Part shown: one piece after another, positions 61,461 through 64,000 of the stretch | How the letters are laid out: each line of letters opens with the position of its first letter | Position numbering within the stretch: position 1 is the first letter of the stretch | Assembly (NCBI RefSeq): GCF_964204865.1 | Contig: NC_135256.1 | Span: forward strand, 7,998,001-8,062,000 | Length of the DNA: 64,000 nt | Source of the DNA: Styela clava | Taxonomy: Eukaryota | Direction: 5' to 3' | Position numbers and translations under genes: made by a program | The notes under the pieces: generated by a model | Databases searched by the model: none | Told to the model about the DNA's origin: nothing | Seen by the model: only the letters and a program-made list of their open reading frames with translations

Positions 61461-61889
61461 TCACTAAAATACCTACGATAAAAAATATTGGCAAAAGTCT
61501 TAAATATAAAGATTCAATATCAAAAACTAATGAGGTCAAAACGATTCAAACAGAACGGGCGACACCCAAGGCAGTAAACAGACCGGAACAAGGCGAAATT
61601 GAGCACTACCAATTAGGGAAACAAGAATCATCAGATGTACCAAATCGAAGCGCGCCCAGGCGTGACCGCCAAAACTATGAGGCGGTCGACGCACAACAAG
61701 AAACGCTTAAGGATGGCGAGTCAGAGGAGATAGATAACGACAGTTTGCACATATCTGAGGAAAAGGATAACAACAAGTGGAAATACATTACATCGGGGAG
61801 TAGCGATGAGTATCGTCTACGAAAAACTATTAGTTTATCTACGCCTGAAACGGCTGTAGAATGCCCGAACTGTAACAAATAATATGGCT

Positions 61890-63260
61890 TTTGAAGTGAG
61901 AGGCACAATCTGACAGCGAATATGAGGAATGCTCGAATTCAGATGTACCTGGCCATTCAAATGCACCAGCCCGCAAATGTATGTGACTCGCAAAGAAGTC
62001 GTAGAAGAAGGGCATTGTTAGGTCGACAGCGAGGAAGAAGTAGAACGAGAACCACGACCCATCAGGGCCAAGACTAAAATAGCAGAAGGTGGTAAATCCA
62101 CGTGCAATACGTTCGTTTTCGGAGAGAGTAGGCGTACAAAAACAATTTACCCCCAACACTACAAGTTTGAAAGTGTTCTTGCAGTTTGTTACGGCAAATG
62201 ACAAACCTCAACGCCGGGCGCAAGATAGAAGCCTCGGGAAACAGCCAGGTGTGGAAACCAAAGAACACTGAAGAAATGAAGGCATTCCTGGGCCTAATTA
62301 TCATCATGGGACTAATCAGAATATAACGATTGGCCATGTACTGGCAGTAGAAAAACTTGATTTTTGACTGGCCCATCCATACCCAAAAAAATTATCCTAA
62401 TAATTCAAAAAACTTTCAAACTTTTGTGGAAATACCGTACCTCCAGTTCTGTAATGAAACTAAAGCCTCATCTCCACATGACCCACTTAAGAGTTAGACT
62501 GTATAAGATTCGATCACTTTTTGAACTTGTGAAACTGACGATTCTTTCCGTTTATACCCCAAACAAATATAAATCAGTTGATGAATCTATGATTCCATTC
62601 AAAGGTAGAATAAGCTTTTGGTATTTTATACCCTAAAAACGTGTTAGTCTGGGTTTTGGCAGAATCGAAAACAGGATATGTTCCCAAATTTATACTGGCA
62701 AGGATCCACGGTTTCAAGAAGTGGGATTGGCATCTAGGGTGGTGTATGATCTCATTGATCCATTTTTAGATAATGAGTACCACCTATATGTCGATAACAT
62801 TTATACTTCCTCAGATCCTTTTATAAAATTGTATGAAGACAATGTTTATGCCTGTGGTACAGTGCGCTTGAGAAGAACTAATACATGTGAAAAGAAGGGG
62901 TGGACGTGGAATGCCATCGGAAGACTTTCCATGTCCACCCCATCTACATGATTATAATAATTATATGGGCGACGTGGACTTCAAATACGCTATGCGTAAG
63001 TAATATAACATTGGAAGACGTTCCAAAACATGGTACCGATGTATTTTTTATACATTATTGAAATGACGTTACACAACAGTGCCGTGGTGAAGAAAGCTAT
63101 TTTGCCTGAAAAAAAAAGAAATTTGTGTCATAAGAATGGCGAAAAGATTTGGTGAAAAAATGTTAGGGGGATTTCAGGACTGTATAATTTGTCAAGAATG
63201 TGGCGTACATCTGTGTGTAGCTCGCGGAAAAGATTGCTTTACGCAATGACACACAAAGAA
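61890..63260 (+). pseudogene. piggyBac (PGBD4-like) transposase relic
   Basis: EMKAFLGL; SVDESMIPFKGR; YHLYVDNIYTS; ACGTVR; YNNYMGDVD; C-terminal CQECGVHLC; frameshifted. Confidence 0.9.
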
Positions 63261-63559
63261 AGAATTTTAGAGATTATCACACCCTTAATCATGTGATGCT
63301 TCCACAGAGAAAGCCATAATAATTTTGTTTGTCCGTTATCGTATTTATAAATAAAATATATGTTTCGCCAGCAAAATGGCAATGTTTTATACAAGAAATA
63401 TTTAGGAAGTGATATTATCAATGACGATAAGGCTGTGTGACTCGACTTGCTCAAAACACACCAGCCTGGTGATGACAGGAGCGTAGTATTAAAACGCAGC
63501 CAACTGTAAAGTCATAAACAAGTAAAAATCGCTGTTCAGTTGATCGAATAACAGACATA

Positions 63560-64000
63560 TAAGACGTTCTTCAATTTCGGCGTTTGCTATAGCCTTGCTC
63601 TTACGGCAGACCTTTGCAACGATATATAGTAATTGATATATTGAGTAACTCCTCGGGCCATTTGACGTTGATAAAAATGGGTATACAAATTTGGGCCAGA
63701 CTGCTGGTCCAGGAAAGAATTAATGGGTAATTCCATTGATGATGCCGCGATCTATTGCAGTATACACACGGCATCGTTCTCGCACTCGGTGTATGTGTGG
63801 CCCATTTGCAAGCACCTCCCGCTGGTTGGTATATATAAAGTTCGCGGAGGTTAAATATGTCTTGCATCTGGTTTCATCGAGTATTACGTAATCGGGCCGG
63901 CAGACGGTCCTTTTTGAAGTTCTCAATCAGAAATGAGGTGTATCCGTTGTAGATATTTGCACCACGGTGCCAGTTCTTAACCGCATTCCTCACATTTGCG
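63560..64000 (-). pseudogene. Tx1-like ORF1 fragment, inverted
   Basis: - strand HRGANIYNGY, LDETRCKTYL and decayed knuckles RCLQMGHTYTEC / CVYCNRSRH match family B ORF1 motifs. Confidence 0.65.

Overview
AT-rich eukaryotic (animal) genomic DNA with no intact host gene that I can recognise. The GTACCGGTAC-type low-complexity tracts and repeat style suggest an invertebrate such as an ascidian, but that is only a guess. About two thirds of the window is a dense nest of roughly 20 decayed L1-clade, Tx1-like non-LTR retrotransposon fragments from several families, almost all on the + strand. Inserted into them are a near-intact 7.75 kb Helentron/Helitron2 on the - strand (STPR-like repeats, Zn finger, OTU protease, HUH Rep, PIF1 helicase, APE endonuclease), several hAT MITEs with 8-bp TSDs, a solo LTR, a BEL/Pao gag fragment, a piggyBac transposase relic and a 1.5 kb near-perfect tandem duplication. 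Main observation: where Tx1 5' ends survive, they sit directly behind the first codons of histone genes. One family follows histone H3 (MARTKQTARKST, 14930) and another follows H4/H2A (MSGRGKGG, 42322), and decayed versions of the latter spacer separate head-to-tail copies. This suggests a set of histone-gene-targeting retrotransposon families and possibly a histone locus eroded by their repeated insertion. Family labels A, B, D and E are my own visual groupings. Tx1 fragment boundaries are approximate; termini with TSDs were counted from the sequence.
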